This document shows positions 36,112 to 43,301 of a DNA stretch of 43,301 nt, one piece after another. Numbering within the stretch: the first letter of the stretch is position 1; the number at the start of each line of letters is the position of its first letter. The DNA comes from Planctomycetia bacterium (GTDB lineage Bacteria; Planctomycetota; Planctomycetia; Gemmatales; Gemmataceae): positions 1 to 43,301 of the forward strand of contig RGDT01000001.1 in assembly GCA_009918525.1 (NCBI GenBank), given 5' to 3'. The translations under genes and the position numbers were made by a program. The notes below the pieces were generated by a model that was given only the letters and a program-made list of their open reading frames with translations, did no database searches and was not told the DNA's origin.

Positions 36112-36756
36112 CTACTTCTCGCCCTCCGCGATCTCGCTTGGCCCCGCATCAGGGCGTGAATGCGGATTGTGATTGCCATCGGGCGGAATCGTGCCAACGG
36201 CGAGCCTGTCGGCCCTGGTCCGTTTGATACGCGGCAAGCAGAGAACCACCGTCGCCCCGATCAATCCCAGACCGATCAGCAGGGCCGAAAGAGCGACATT
36301 CAGTTTTCCAAAAAAGATACTAGAGCTGATGACCAGAGGTAACAGAGTCAGTGCGAACGCTTTCACCTCCCAACGCACGGCGCGATGATGTTGCCAATCG
36401 CGAATGAGCGTCCCCGTCAACGGCCAAGTGAGCAACCAGTTATGCAGCCGTGGGCTAGATCTGGAAAAAAAATAGGCGGCGAGCAGGAAAAAAGGAGTGG
36501 CGGGAAGTCCGGGCAGGATAACCCCCAATAGCCCCACCCCCACGAACAGAAAACCCAACGCGATGGCAAGAAGACGTTTGAAGCCACTGGTCAAGCTCTC
36601 GCCGGAGCCTTCCTGACTTTTCGACGAGCTACCGACGCATACGGTCGAGGCAGGCGGTTCGCTCGGCCACGGGGAGAATGGCGAGACCGGGGTGTCGGCG
36701 TCCCGATACTGCCGGGGCGAGTGGGATGTGTCAACGCCCCGGTAGTTTTCCGTCAT
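36112..36756 (-). CDS. YbaN-family (DUF454) inner membrane protein with an N-terminal hydrophilic extension
   Basis: LLGVILPGLPATPFFLLAAYFFSRSSPRLHNWLL is the DUF454 signature. ATG 36756 overlaps the stop of the upstream gene (ATGA). The longer track ORF to 36915 would overlap that gene by 160 nt. Confidence 0.75.
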   Translation of the reverse strand: MTENYRGVDTSHSPRQYRDADTPVSPFSPWPSEPPASTVCVGSSSKSQEGSGESLTSGFKRLLAIALGFLFVGVGLLGVILPGLPATPFFLLAAYFFSRSSPRLHNWLLTWPLTGTLIRDWQHHRAVRWEVKAFALTLLPLVISSSIFFGKLNVALSALLIGLGLIGATVVLCLPRIKRTRADRLAVGTIPPDGNHNPHSRPDAGPSEIAEGEK

Positions 36757-37370
36757 TTCGACCGTTCCGTAAACTGAATATCCTTGAACGTCACCACCAT
36801 CGGCCCGCCAGCGTGCAATTGGAAAGCGATAATTCCCTCGTCCGGTAGTTTCGGGAACTCTTGATCGACCGTCGTGGTGCCGTTCACCTTGATCGTCACT
36901 TTCTTGCCGACACAAACAATGTGATAATCATTGAAATCATCGCTTTTTACGACTTTCTGCGTTTCTTTGTCGGCGGCTTTCATCATTCCGCCGAAACGCT
37001 CGCCGTAAAGACTGCCCCAGTAACCCGCTCCGATGTCGGCCTGAGGCCCGGCGACGGGGTATTGCTTGGTATCGACGAGCTTGGAGCGGATCTGAATCCC
37101 ACTATTCCCCGACCCTTTGTTCAGTTTCACCTTGAACTTGAGTTCAAAATCCTTGTACAGCTTTTTGCTCGCAAGGAAGGTGTTGAACTTGATGCCCTTC
37201 TCCCCACTATTGCCGATCAGCGCCCCATCCTTGACGCTCCAGTATTCCTTGATTAGTCCTTCCCAACCTGAAAAGTCCGCTGGGACAAACGGCTTCTCTT
37301 TCGACTCTTCCCGAGCGTAGCCGACCGACAGAGCAGCGGCAAACAGACAAACGCCAAGCATACGACCCAT
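36753..37370 (-). CDS. Secreted DUF1080 (3-keto-disaccharide hydrolase-like) domain protein
   Basis: Signal peptide MGRMLGVCLFAAALSVGYA. WSVKDGALIG, YKDFELKFKVKL, GNSGIQIRS and IAFQLHAGGPMVVTFKDIQF match the DUF1080 pattern. AGGAG lies 9 nt upstream of ATG 37370. Confidence 0.8.
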   Translation of the reverse strand: MGRMLGVCLFAAALSVGYAREESKEKPFVPADFSGWEGLIKEYWSVKDGALIGNSGEKGIKFNTFLASKKLYKDFELKFKVKLNKGSGNSGIQIRSKLVDTKQYPVAGPQADIGAGYWGSLYGERFGGMMKAADKETQKVVKSDDFNDYHIVCVGKKVTIKVNGTTTVDQEFPKLPDEGIIAFQLHAGGPMVVTFKDIQFTERSK

Positions 37371-37691
37371 GAGAGAGGCTCCTTGAACGACGAAAAAACT
37401 ACGTGGCGAAGTTGCCAGATTTGCTTTAGTGTCGGTATCGCCTCGACGAACGGCAACTTGATTCGTTACCAAAAGCTCAGAATGAGGACGGGAGAAATGG
37501 TCAAACTCAGTAGCCCGGCCATTGTCCCGACAGGGCCGTCGCCCAGACGAGCAGACTCGAAACGCTAGCCAAGATGACAACAATCAAGGGAAAATCTCTC
37601 TCACTCATAAACACCCCCTCCAGAACAAGCATTAAAATGTAGTTCACAAATCGCCGTCAGGCGTTATGAATTTTCAGCAAGTGGGTGAAAT

Positions 37692-38333
37692 ATGGCGATT
37701 CGCGTCGTTGGGGTGCTGGACATCAAGGGAGGCGTGGCGGTCCGGGGCGTCGGTGGTCGGCGTTCGGAGTATCAAGCGCTGCCTGGTTTCCGGTCGATAT
37801 CCGAAGTGGCTGCATCCTGGGGAGTCAGCGAAATTTACGTTGCCGACCTGGACGCCATCGAAGGCGGGCCGCCCGCGTTGTCCGTGTATCGGGAGCTGGC
37901 GTCACGCTATCGCCTTTGGGTTGACGCGGGGGTGCGGACAGCCAACGATCGCGCCCACATGACAGGGCCATGGCGTACGGTCGTCGGTCTGGAAACGGCC
38001 CAAGGGGTTGAGGCGATTAGGCCGGGTGATTGTTTTTCGCTTGATCTACGCGGTGGTCGGCCGATGGGCACATGGGGCGAGGATCCGTTGACGATTGCGC
38101 GGCGAGCGGTGGACGCTGGGGCGACGGCGATTCTGGTGATTGATTTGATGCGAGTCGGGACCGCAAGTGGAACCGGTACGGAACGGCTGTGTTGTGCGTT
38201 GCGTGCAGAGTTTCCGGGTGTAGAGCTTCTAGCGGGAGGCGGCATTCGCCATCGCGAAAATTTGGCCCGACTTGAAGCGGCGGGGGTTGATGCGGCGTTG
38301 GTCGGTACAGCACTAAGTCATTTGATAGCATAA
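37692..38333 (+). CDS. HisA/HisF-family (His_biosynth) TIM-barrel protein, short orphan paralog
   Basis: N-terminus IRVVGVLDIKGGVAVRGVGG and C-terminus LLAGGGIRHRENLARLEAAGVDAALVGTAL follow the HisA/HisF phosphate-binding pattern. It is 213 aa, and no other his genes are nearby. Confidence 0.7.
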   Translation: MAIRVVGVLDIKGGVAVRGVGGRRSEYQALPGFRSISEVAASWGVSEIYVADLDAIEGGPPALSVYRELASRYRLWVDAGVRTANDRAHMTGPWRTVVGLETAQGVEAIRPGDCFSLDLRGGRPMGTWGEDPLTIARRAVDAGATAILVIDLMRVGTASGTGTERLCCALRAEFPGVELLAGGGIRHRENLARLEAAGVDAALVGTALSHLIA

Positions 38334-38367
38334 CCGCATCGCCACATTTTTCCGGGGAGCATGAGCC

Positions 38368-38832
38368 GTGAGCAGTGCAACGATGATCGAGGTGTACCTT
38401 CAAGGCCCGAGCCTACTACGTGAGGCGGTAGCCGGGATGAACCACGAGCAGTTACTTGCACGTCCGGTGCCGGGTAAAATGAGTACGCTAGAAGTGGTCG
38501 CGCACCTGAGCGATTTTGAGCCGATTCTGGCCGACCGCATGAAACGTATCATTGCGCTGGATCGGCCCGCCCTTCTAGGTGCGGATGAAAATCTTTTTAT
38601 GGCGAATTTGGCCTATGATCAACGGGTTCTGGAGGAGGAACTTCGTCTTATCGAGGTCACGCGGTCGCAAATGGCACGCATCCTGAGCACGCTACCTGCC
38701 TCGGCTTGGGCACGCGTCGGCGTTCATAGCGTGCGGGGCGAAATGTCACTCGAACAGATGTTGAATGGTGCCATTAGCCACATCAATCATCATTTGCCGT
38801 TTATCGCTGAGAAACGCCGGCTGATCGGTTGA
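38368..38832 (+). CDS. DinB-family (DinB_2-like) four-helix-bundle protein
   Basis: Size and pattern fit: LLREAVAGMNHEQLLARPVPGKMSTLEVVAHLSDFE ... AISHINHHLPFI gives a His triad arrangement. GTG 38368 has GGGGAG upstream. Confidence 0.7.
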   Translation: MSSATMIEVYLQGPSLLREAVAGMNHEQLLARPVPGKMSTLEVVAHLSDFEPILADRMKRIIALDRPALLGADENLFMANLAYDQRVLEEELRLIEVTRSQMARILSTLPASAWARVGVHSVRGEMSLEQMLNGAISHINHHLPFIAEKRRLIG

Positions 38833-38866
38833 GATCAGGGATGTATTTGTTAGTTCTGGTTGCACC

Positions 38867-38926
38867 GGGGCGTTGACACGCCCCGCTCGCATGCGCCTCA
38901 GCGGGGCGTTGATGCGCTCCGCTCGC
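38867..38926. repeat. Imperfect 24-nt direct repeat (2 copies, 36-nt period) embedded in a cluster of GC-rich hairpins
   Basis: GGGGCGTTGACACGCCCCGCTCGC (38867-38890) versus GGGGCGTTGATGCGCTCCGCTCGC (38903-38926). Copy 1 folds as GGGGCG-TTGACA-CGCCCC. CCCCGCT/AGCGGGG bridges the two copies. Confidence 0.6.
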
Positions 38927-40712
38927 GTTCGTAAACGCGAAGGCGGAACCCCCCGGCATCGTGAGTACGCTTCAACGTAAAGTTGGAGGCAGAATCGAGG
39001 ATCGGCAGTAACTCGCGGTGTACGGCAACGAGCATCTCGCATTCCGGGTCGGTCGTCTGTCCCGGCACTTCGGCGAATAAGATCACATCGCTTGTCGGGG
39101 AATCCAACCAGCGGCGGAAACTGCGCCCGTTATCCTGGCCGTTCGCGTTGAATCCAAACCAATGCGGTTCTAAACGCTTCAACGAGCCGTCCGCTTCGAG
39201 GATGGCCCATTCGGCCAGGAAGCGGATCGGGGTAGAGCCGAGGACAACGACCCTCGGTCGGTCGCGTGATTCTTTCACAATCGCCTGCGCCAGTCCGATA
39301 TGGCTCGCGGCCCCTGTGTTCGGTCCTGCTAAAGGCGAGCGTTTGCCGGCAATAATATCCGGTAGCAGAGAAGCCAGCATTCCGACGACAAGCAGCGAGG
39401 CCAGAGCCAAGGCCGTCCTCCGCCAGGCCTCCGCGACAAACGTCAGCCAACCGATAAGTCCCAACCCGGTCCCGATCCAAACGACGGGCATCCAACTGGC
39501 GGCGTAACGTTCCTGGTGGTTGGGATGTTTGACGGTTAAGAACGCCGACACCAGAGCAAGGACGAAGATGGCCACCGATCCAGGCCGCATGCGCCGACAA
39601 AAGATCAGCCCAAAGAGGAAAAGGGCCAACGCTGCAAGGCACCTTGTCGGGCTAGCGTGATATTCCGAAGAGAGGGCTTGTGCATAGAAGCAAACGCCCT
39701 CCCATAAGGAGCGGTTGTTTTCCGGCCCGTTGAAGGGGCTGACGTACCAAACAAACGTCGTCGCATGACGTGGCAAGGCCATGAACAGCGCGGCCGGCAC
39801 GAGGTGCCAACGGATCAAAGCCGCCGCCCGTGGGTCGATTGCAGCGAGCGTCGCGTTCCAAGGTCTGAAAGCCAACGCGAGGCGTATAATGATTAGGATG
39901 TAAAGCAACTGGAAGGCGTTGGTCGGCGGCGAGAGGCGCACCCCCGCGATCGGGGCGGGCTTCAGCCAGGCGATCACCCCGGCCCCTATGGCGAGTAGGA
40001 TGATCGCAACACTAAGTGGATGGCAAGCGAACTCGATGAACTTCCGACGCCATTGCTTGGTGTCAACCGCGTGAGCGAAGTTGGTCCCGTGCCAAAGCGA
40101 GGGCGCTTGAACGAGGACCAGCGACAGAACGACGAGAAGCCAGTAATTGTATTTGGTAACAATTAGGGCCGTGAGCGCAAGACCAAGTCGGTCATAGGCT
40201 TGGGGTTGGTCATTCTGCACGGCAAGGAGGTAAGTATAGAGGCAGACGAGTGTGAGGAGGGTGCCTGAGCTTTCGATCATGAGATCGACGGCGAAGCCGT
40301 GGTGCATCGGACTGGCGAGGACCAAGGTGGCGGCAACAATACCCGCGAGGTCGCCTCCCGAGAAGAGGCAGCGGCGGGCGATGAGGAAGGCGAGGAAGGC
40401 GGACAAGGCCCAGGCGAGGGTGTTGGGGATCACGGCTAAGCGAAGGTCCGCACCCGTCAGCGAGAGGAAAAGGGCTGGTGGGAGGTAGGAGCCAGGGGGC
40501 CAAACGGCTAATTCCACCACATATTTAACAAAATGGAAAAGATCGCCACCGCGTAAATCGGCTGCCAGGCGAAGGATAGTGACATAGTGGGCGTTGCGGT
40601 CGTGATGGATGCTTGTCCAAAGCTGCTCGCTCTGCGGCACGAAACGAACATAGGCTAACGTGGCCACTGCAAGGCACGCTACGGCGATAACGATGCGAAC
40701 GGCTTGGCGCAT
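38898..40712 (-). CDS. Polytopic membrane protein, GT-C-fold glycosyltransferase-like (ArnT/PMT family 39/83-like)
   Basis: At least 12 hydrophobic segments, a periplasmic-loop-rich N-terminal half and a soluble C-terminal domain. The architecture resembles family 39/83 glycosyltransferases, but no unambiguous motif was read. Confidence 0.5.
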   Translation of the reverse strand: MRQAVRIVIAVACLAVATLAYVRFVPQSEQLWTSIHHDRNAHYVTILRLAADLRGGDLFHFVKYVVELAVWPPGSYLPPALFLSLTGADLRLAVIPNTLAWALSAFLAFLIARRCLFSGGDLAGIVAATLVLASPMHHGFAVDLMIESSGTLLTLVCLYTYLLAVQNDQPQAYDRLGLALTALIVTKYNYWLLVVLSLVLVQAPSLWHGTNFAHAVDTKQWRRKFIEFACHPLSVAIILLAIGAGVIAWLKPAPIAGVRLSPPTNAFQLLYILIIIRLALAFRPWNATLAAIDPRAAALIRWHLVPAALFMALPRHATTFVWYVSPFNGPENNRSLWEGVCFYAQALSSEYHASPTRCLAALALFLFGLIFCRRMRPGSVAIFVLALVSAFLTVKHPNHQERYAASWMPVVWIGTGLGLIGWLTFVAEAWRRTALALASLLVVGMLASLLPDIIAGKRSPLAGPNTGAASHIGLAQAIVKESRDRPRVVVLGSTPIRFLAEWAILEADGSLKRLEPHWFGFNANGQDNGRSFRRWLDSPTSDVILFAEVPGQTTDPECEMLVAVHRELLPILDSASNFTLKRTHDAGGFRLRVYERERSASTPR

Positions 40713-40887
40713 GGCTGGCTTCCGTGCCGAGTGTTGGGCTAAGAGTGAGATACCCGCAAAGGGCCTCGCGTCTCAAGAGCGAATCAACTCAATCCAGTTG
40801 CGGGAGCGAAACGTCTATAACATGAACAACGTGGACCTTAATCCGGTGGATAAGGCCGACATCCCATAACCAGAGGCATTGTGAACC

Positions 40888-42936
40888 ATGCGTTGGATCC
40901 GTTGGTGGTCACTCGGCGTTGTCGTCGTGATATTCGCAGCCCTGGGGCTTGCGCCGCAGGTTGGCGGAAGGCCCGACGAGAGGATGGATTCCGCCGCCAT
41001 TGACAAGATAATCGAAGCACTGGGTAGCGATAGCTTCAAAGAACGCGAGGACGCCACTCGTGCTTTGGATGCCATCGGTCTACCGGCGTTGGAAAAACTG
41101 CGTGTTGCGGCCAAGTCCCCGGATGCCGAAATTCGCAAGCGAGCGATGGGACTCGTCGCCAAAATCGAAACGCGGGCTGTCGGGTCGCGAATTTTGACGG
41201 GGCGACAGGTTCATCTGGTTTATAAAGATGCACCTCTTCGAGAGGCTCTGGCCGATTTCTCGAAAAAATCTGGTTATCCGATTCATCTCAGCGATCCGAG
41301 TAACGCTCTGAAAGATCGCAAAATAACGCTCGATACCGGCAAAACGACGTTTTGGGACGCATTGGAAAAAGTGATGGATGCCGCCGGGCTGGTTGAGGCG
41401 AACGCTGCCGATGGTTTTATACCCGTCGCGCCCGGTTTTCCTGGTGCTGTTCCGGGTGCTGCCCCAGCCATTGGAGGCGTGGCCCCTGGATTCCCAGGCA
41501 TCGCCCCGGCTATCGAAGCCCCTCGGGGCGTAGATCCAGCGGCTGCGGCCAAGATCGCTGAGAAGCTCAAAAAGCTGCGAGAGGAAGCGGAGAAGCGTCT
41601 GAAGGATGCCAAAAAGGAAGGCGCAGCACCGGCACCGGCCAAGCCCGCCGTCGCCAAGGTGGTCGCGGAAGCGGTCGAGGAGGTTATCGCCGTCCCCGGC
41701 GTCGCTCCCGCACTGGGGCCTGCGATTGGGGTTGTGCCTGGTTTGCCTCCTATGGCTGTAATGGGATTCGGTGGTCAGCCTGGGCAAGCGATCCATCTTC
41801 AACCTGGCAAAGGGGTCAAGTTGCCTTCGGATACTCGCTCCAGTGTGCGGGTGAGGGTTGCTCCTGAGTCTATTCGTCCAGCAATGGGTGACGCCCCACC
41901 GGGCAAAATTCAGGTATTGCTCCAAGCAACGCCCGAGCCTCGGTTGCGTTGGCAAGAGTTGGTCGGTATCACGATTGAAAAAGCAATCGACGACAACGAC
42001 CAGAAGCTCGTGGCCGTTCCCCCTGAACAGCCTGCGCCTCTGATTATCGGTGGGCCGGGAGTAGCGGCCGTGGGGATGCCGTTCTTTAGTCACGATGGCG
42101 CGGGCTGCAACTTCCGCGTTGTACTGGAAAAAGGTGACAAGGAGACAAAGAAGCTAAGGACGTTGGAAGGAACACTCACGGTGCGATTGCTCGACGACCC
42201 CAAACCCCATATTGAGGTCAAAGACGTAATGAAAGCAAAGGGCACCACGGTCAAAGGCGGCAAGGGCGGCGCTATTACCATCCTATCCGCAGATAAAACC
42301 GCTGACGGGGCCATCCGCATTGCTTTTGAATTCGAGCAACCGACGGACGTGATTCCTGAGGATGGCATCCTGCCGCCCTTTATGGCCCCGGCTTTCCCCG
42401 TTCCTGCGCCGCGAATTGGTCGCCTACCTCGTCCGGCAGTTCCTCTGCCTGGCGGCAAACCCATCGAAGTCAAACCGCTTCCTGGGGAGATTAAACCGGC
42501 TCCCCCGGAAAAACCCGTCGAGGATAAACCAGCAGCTGCTTTGGCCGAGGACAAACCGGCCGTCGCTCCCGTTCCTCCCCCCATGGTGGTCGAGATCAAG
42601 GTTGGAGGCGGCGGAGTCGTGGTTATTGGTGGGGGCTTGGTGATAGGCGGCGGGGCGATAGGTGGTGGTCCAGGAATTGCGATGGCTCGACCCTTTGGCG
42701 GTTCGTCGTCCAATGGAATTACCTTGCAGGACGAGAAAGGCAACACGTTGCCGATCGCGTCGTCTCAGGTGCAGTTCCAGATTCAAGCCGGCGGCGTTCC
42801 AAAGATGCAAACCATCTTGACCTACAAGCCAAGCAAAGGGATGCCCGCGGAGCCGAGCAAACTCGTTTTCCTAGGGCGATCCAGCGTGCAAGTGGCGATC
42901 CCGTTCAAACTCTCAAACGTGGAACTCAAGAAGTAA
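40888..42936 (+). CDS. Secreted or membrane-anchored hypothetical protein with N-terminal HEAT-like repeats and long Pro/Ala/Gly low-complexity tracts
   Basis: N-terminal hydrophobic segment. HEAT-like DKIIEALGSDSFKEREDATRALDAIGLPALEKLRVAAKSPDAEIRKRAMGLV. PGFPGAVPGAAPAIGGVAPGFPGIAPAIE, KP-rich tract, and GGGGVVVIGGGLVIGGGAIGGGPG. Confidence 0.7.
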   Translation: MRWIRWWSLGVVVVIFAALGLAPQVGGRPDERMDSAAIDKIIEALGSDSFKEREDATRALDAIGLPALEKLRVAAKSPDAEIRKRAMGLVAKIETRAVGSRILTGRQVHLVYKDAPLREALADFSKKSGYPIHLSDPSNALKDRKITLDTGKTTFWDALEKVMDAAGLVEANAADGFIPVAPGFPGAVPGAAPAIGGVAPGFPGIAPAIEAPRGVDPAAAAKIAEKLKKLREEAEKRLKDAKKEGAAPAPAKPAVAKVVAEAVEEVIAVPGVAPALGPAIGVVPGLPPMAVMGFGGQPGQAIHLQPGKGVKLPSDTRSSVRVRVAPESIRPAMGDAPPGKIQVLLQATPEPRLRWQELVGITIEKAIDDNDQKLVAVPPEQPAPLIIGGPGVAAVGMPFFSHDGAGCNFRVVLEKGDKETKKLRTLEGTLTVRLLDDPKPHIEVKDVMKAKGTTVKGGKGGAITILSADKTADGAIRIAFEFEQPTDVIPEDGILPPFMAPAFPVPAPRIGRLPRPAVPLPGGKPIEVKPLPGEIKPAPPEKPVEDKPAAALAEDKPAVAPVPPPMVVEIKVGGGGVVVIGGGLVIGGGAIGGGPGIAMARPFGGSSSNGITLQDEKGNTLPIASSQVQFQIQAGGVPKMQTILTYKPSKGMPAEPSKLVFLGRSSVQVAIPFKLSNVELKK

Positions 42937-42948
42937 AGCATAGCAAGG

Positions 42949-42984
42949 CCAGCGAGCGTGGAAACTCTTTCCCCGCTCGCCTGG
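42949..42984. terminator. Hairpin between convergent genes (40888..42936 and metX)
   Basis: CCA-GCGAGCG, 15-nt loop, CGCTCGC-C-TGG (7+3 bp). There is no U-tract. Confidence 0.35.
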
Positions 42985-43028
42985 TAGTCGGTCGGGACGC
43001 TGACACCCCCCTCCTCGTCACTTCGCCG

Positions 43029-43301
43029 CTATTCCAAAGCTCGAAGCATCATCGGTTCCATCAAGTGCGTGTCGGCCAAGAAACCGTCGTGCCCGTGGTT
43101 CGTTTCGAGCTTCTCGTAGCTGGCATCGATTCCTAGCGAACTTAACCGACGTGATAACTCTTGAACGTCCTCCGGCGGAAACAGCCAATCGTGTCCTATC
43201 CCTATGAGACGGCAGCGAGCCGTGATACGGCGTAAGTCGTCGTCCGTCGGGTCATAGGTTTCCATCGCGCGGGTGATGTACAAATAGCTAGACGCATCGA
43301 A
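43029..43301 (-). CDS. metX: Homoserine O-acetyltransferase, C-terminal part; the 5' end runs off the window
   Basis: The C-terminal sequence ..WLFPPEDVQEL...LETNHGHDGFLADTHLMEPMM matches the MetX catalytic His region (HGHDAFL). The frame is open to nt 43301. Confidence 0.75.
   Translation of the reverse strand, partial: FDASSYLYITRAMETYDPTDDDLRRITARCRLIGIGHDWLFPPEDVQELSRRLSSLGIDASYEKLETNHGHDGFLADTHLMEPMMLRALE

Noticed and set aside
36757-36915. Long N-terminal extension of the YbaN-like ORF (track start 36915)
   Set aside because: It would overlap the DUF1080 gene by 160 nt, and its translation is Arg/Gly/Asp-rich. ATG 36756 gives a classic ATGA stop-start coupling.
38867-38926. Possible mini-CRISPR array (repeats with a 36-nt period)
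   Set aside because: There are only two imperfect copies, the spacer is 12 nt, there are no cas genes, and one copy lies inside a coding region.
41080-42746. Long minus-strand ORFs (337 aa and 218 aa) opposite the 40888..42936 gene
   Set aside because: Their translations are Arg/Gly/Pro-rich and low-complexity, with no start context. They mirror the GC-rich repetitive codons of the plus-strand gene, which has a signal-like N-terminus, HEAT repeats and coherent domains. They are antisense artefacts.

Overview
The window is a gene-dense stretch (about 39 protein genes, short intergenic gaps, many 4-nt ATGA/TTGA couplings). By gene content it comes from a Planctomycetota-type genome: a DUF1549/DUF1553 (PSCyt2/PSD1) protein, a DUF1501 protein, a PSCyt1-WD40 protein, a DUF1080 protein, many secreted or lipoprotein hypotheticals, and a relic of a prepilin-like N-terminus. 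That taxonomic call is inference. All family calls come from motifs I read in the translated ORFs; no database search was possible. I found no rRNA, tRNA, CRISPR array, transposase, integrase, prophage gene or recognisable defence or toxin-antitoxin module. Confident calls include an S8 peptidase (partial), an FHA-GAF-sigma54 activator, MarR, two tandem isocitrate-dehydrogenase-family paralogs, a DAACS transporter, an S46 peptidase, LarE, an amidase, an APC permease, two methyltransferases, HemW, CysK, a pentaheme cytochrome c, a LutA-type Fe-S protein, a DMT transporter and MetX (partial). There is no clear-cut new system. The best novelty candidates are listed below.
1. An atypical dynamin/DUF697-like P-loop NTPase heads an operon with an orphan LutA-type CCG protein and a DMT transporter.
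2. A catalytic plus degenerate IDH pair resembles heteromeric NAD-IDH.
3. A signal-less amidase sits beside a Tat-signal GatC/AtzG-like mini-subunit, suggesting hitchhiker export.
4. An orphan three-Cys LarE appears to have a leaderless promoter and a coupled 84-aa partner.
5. Two neighbouring genes are each broken by what looks like a 1-nt loss in an A/T homopolymer.
6. A cluster of GC-rich hairpins and a direct repeat lies at one convergent gene junction.
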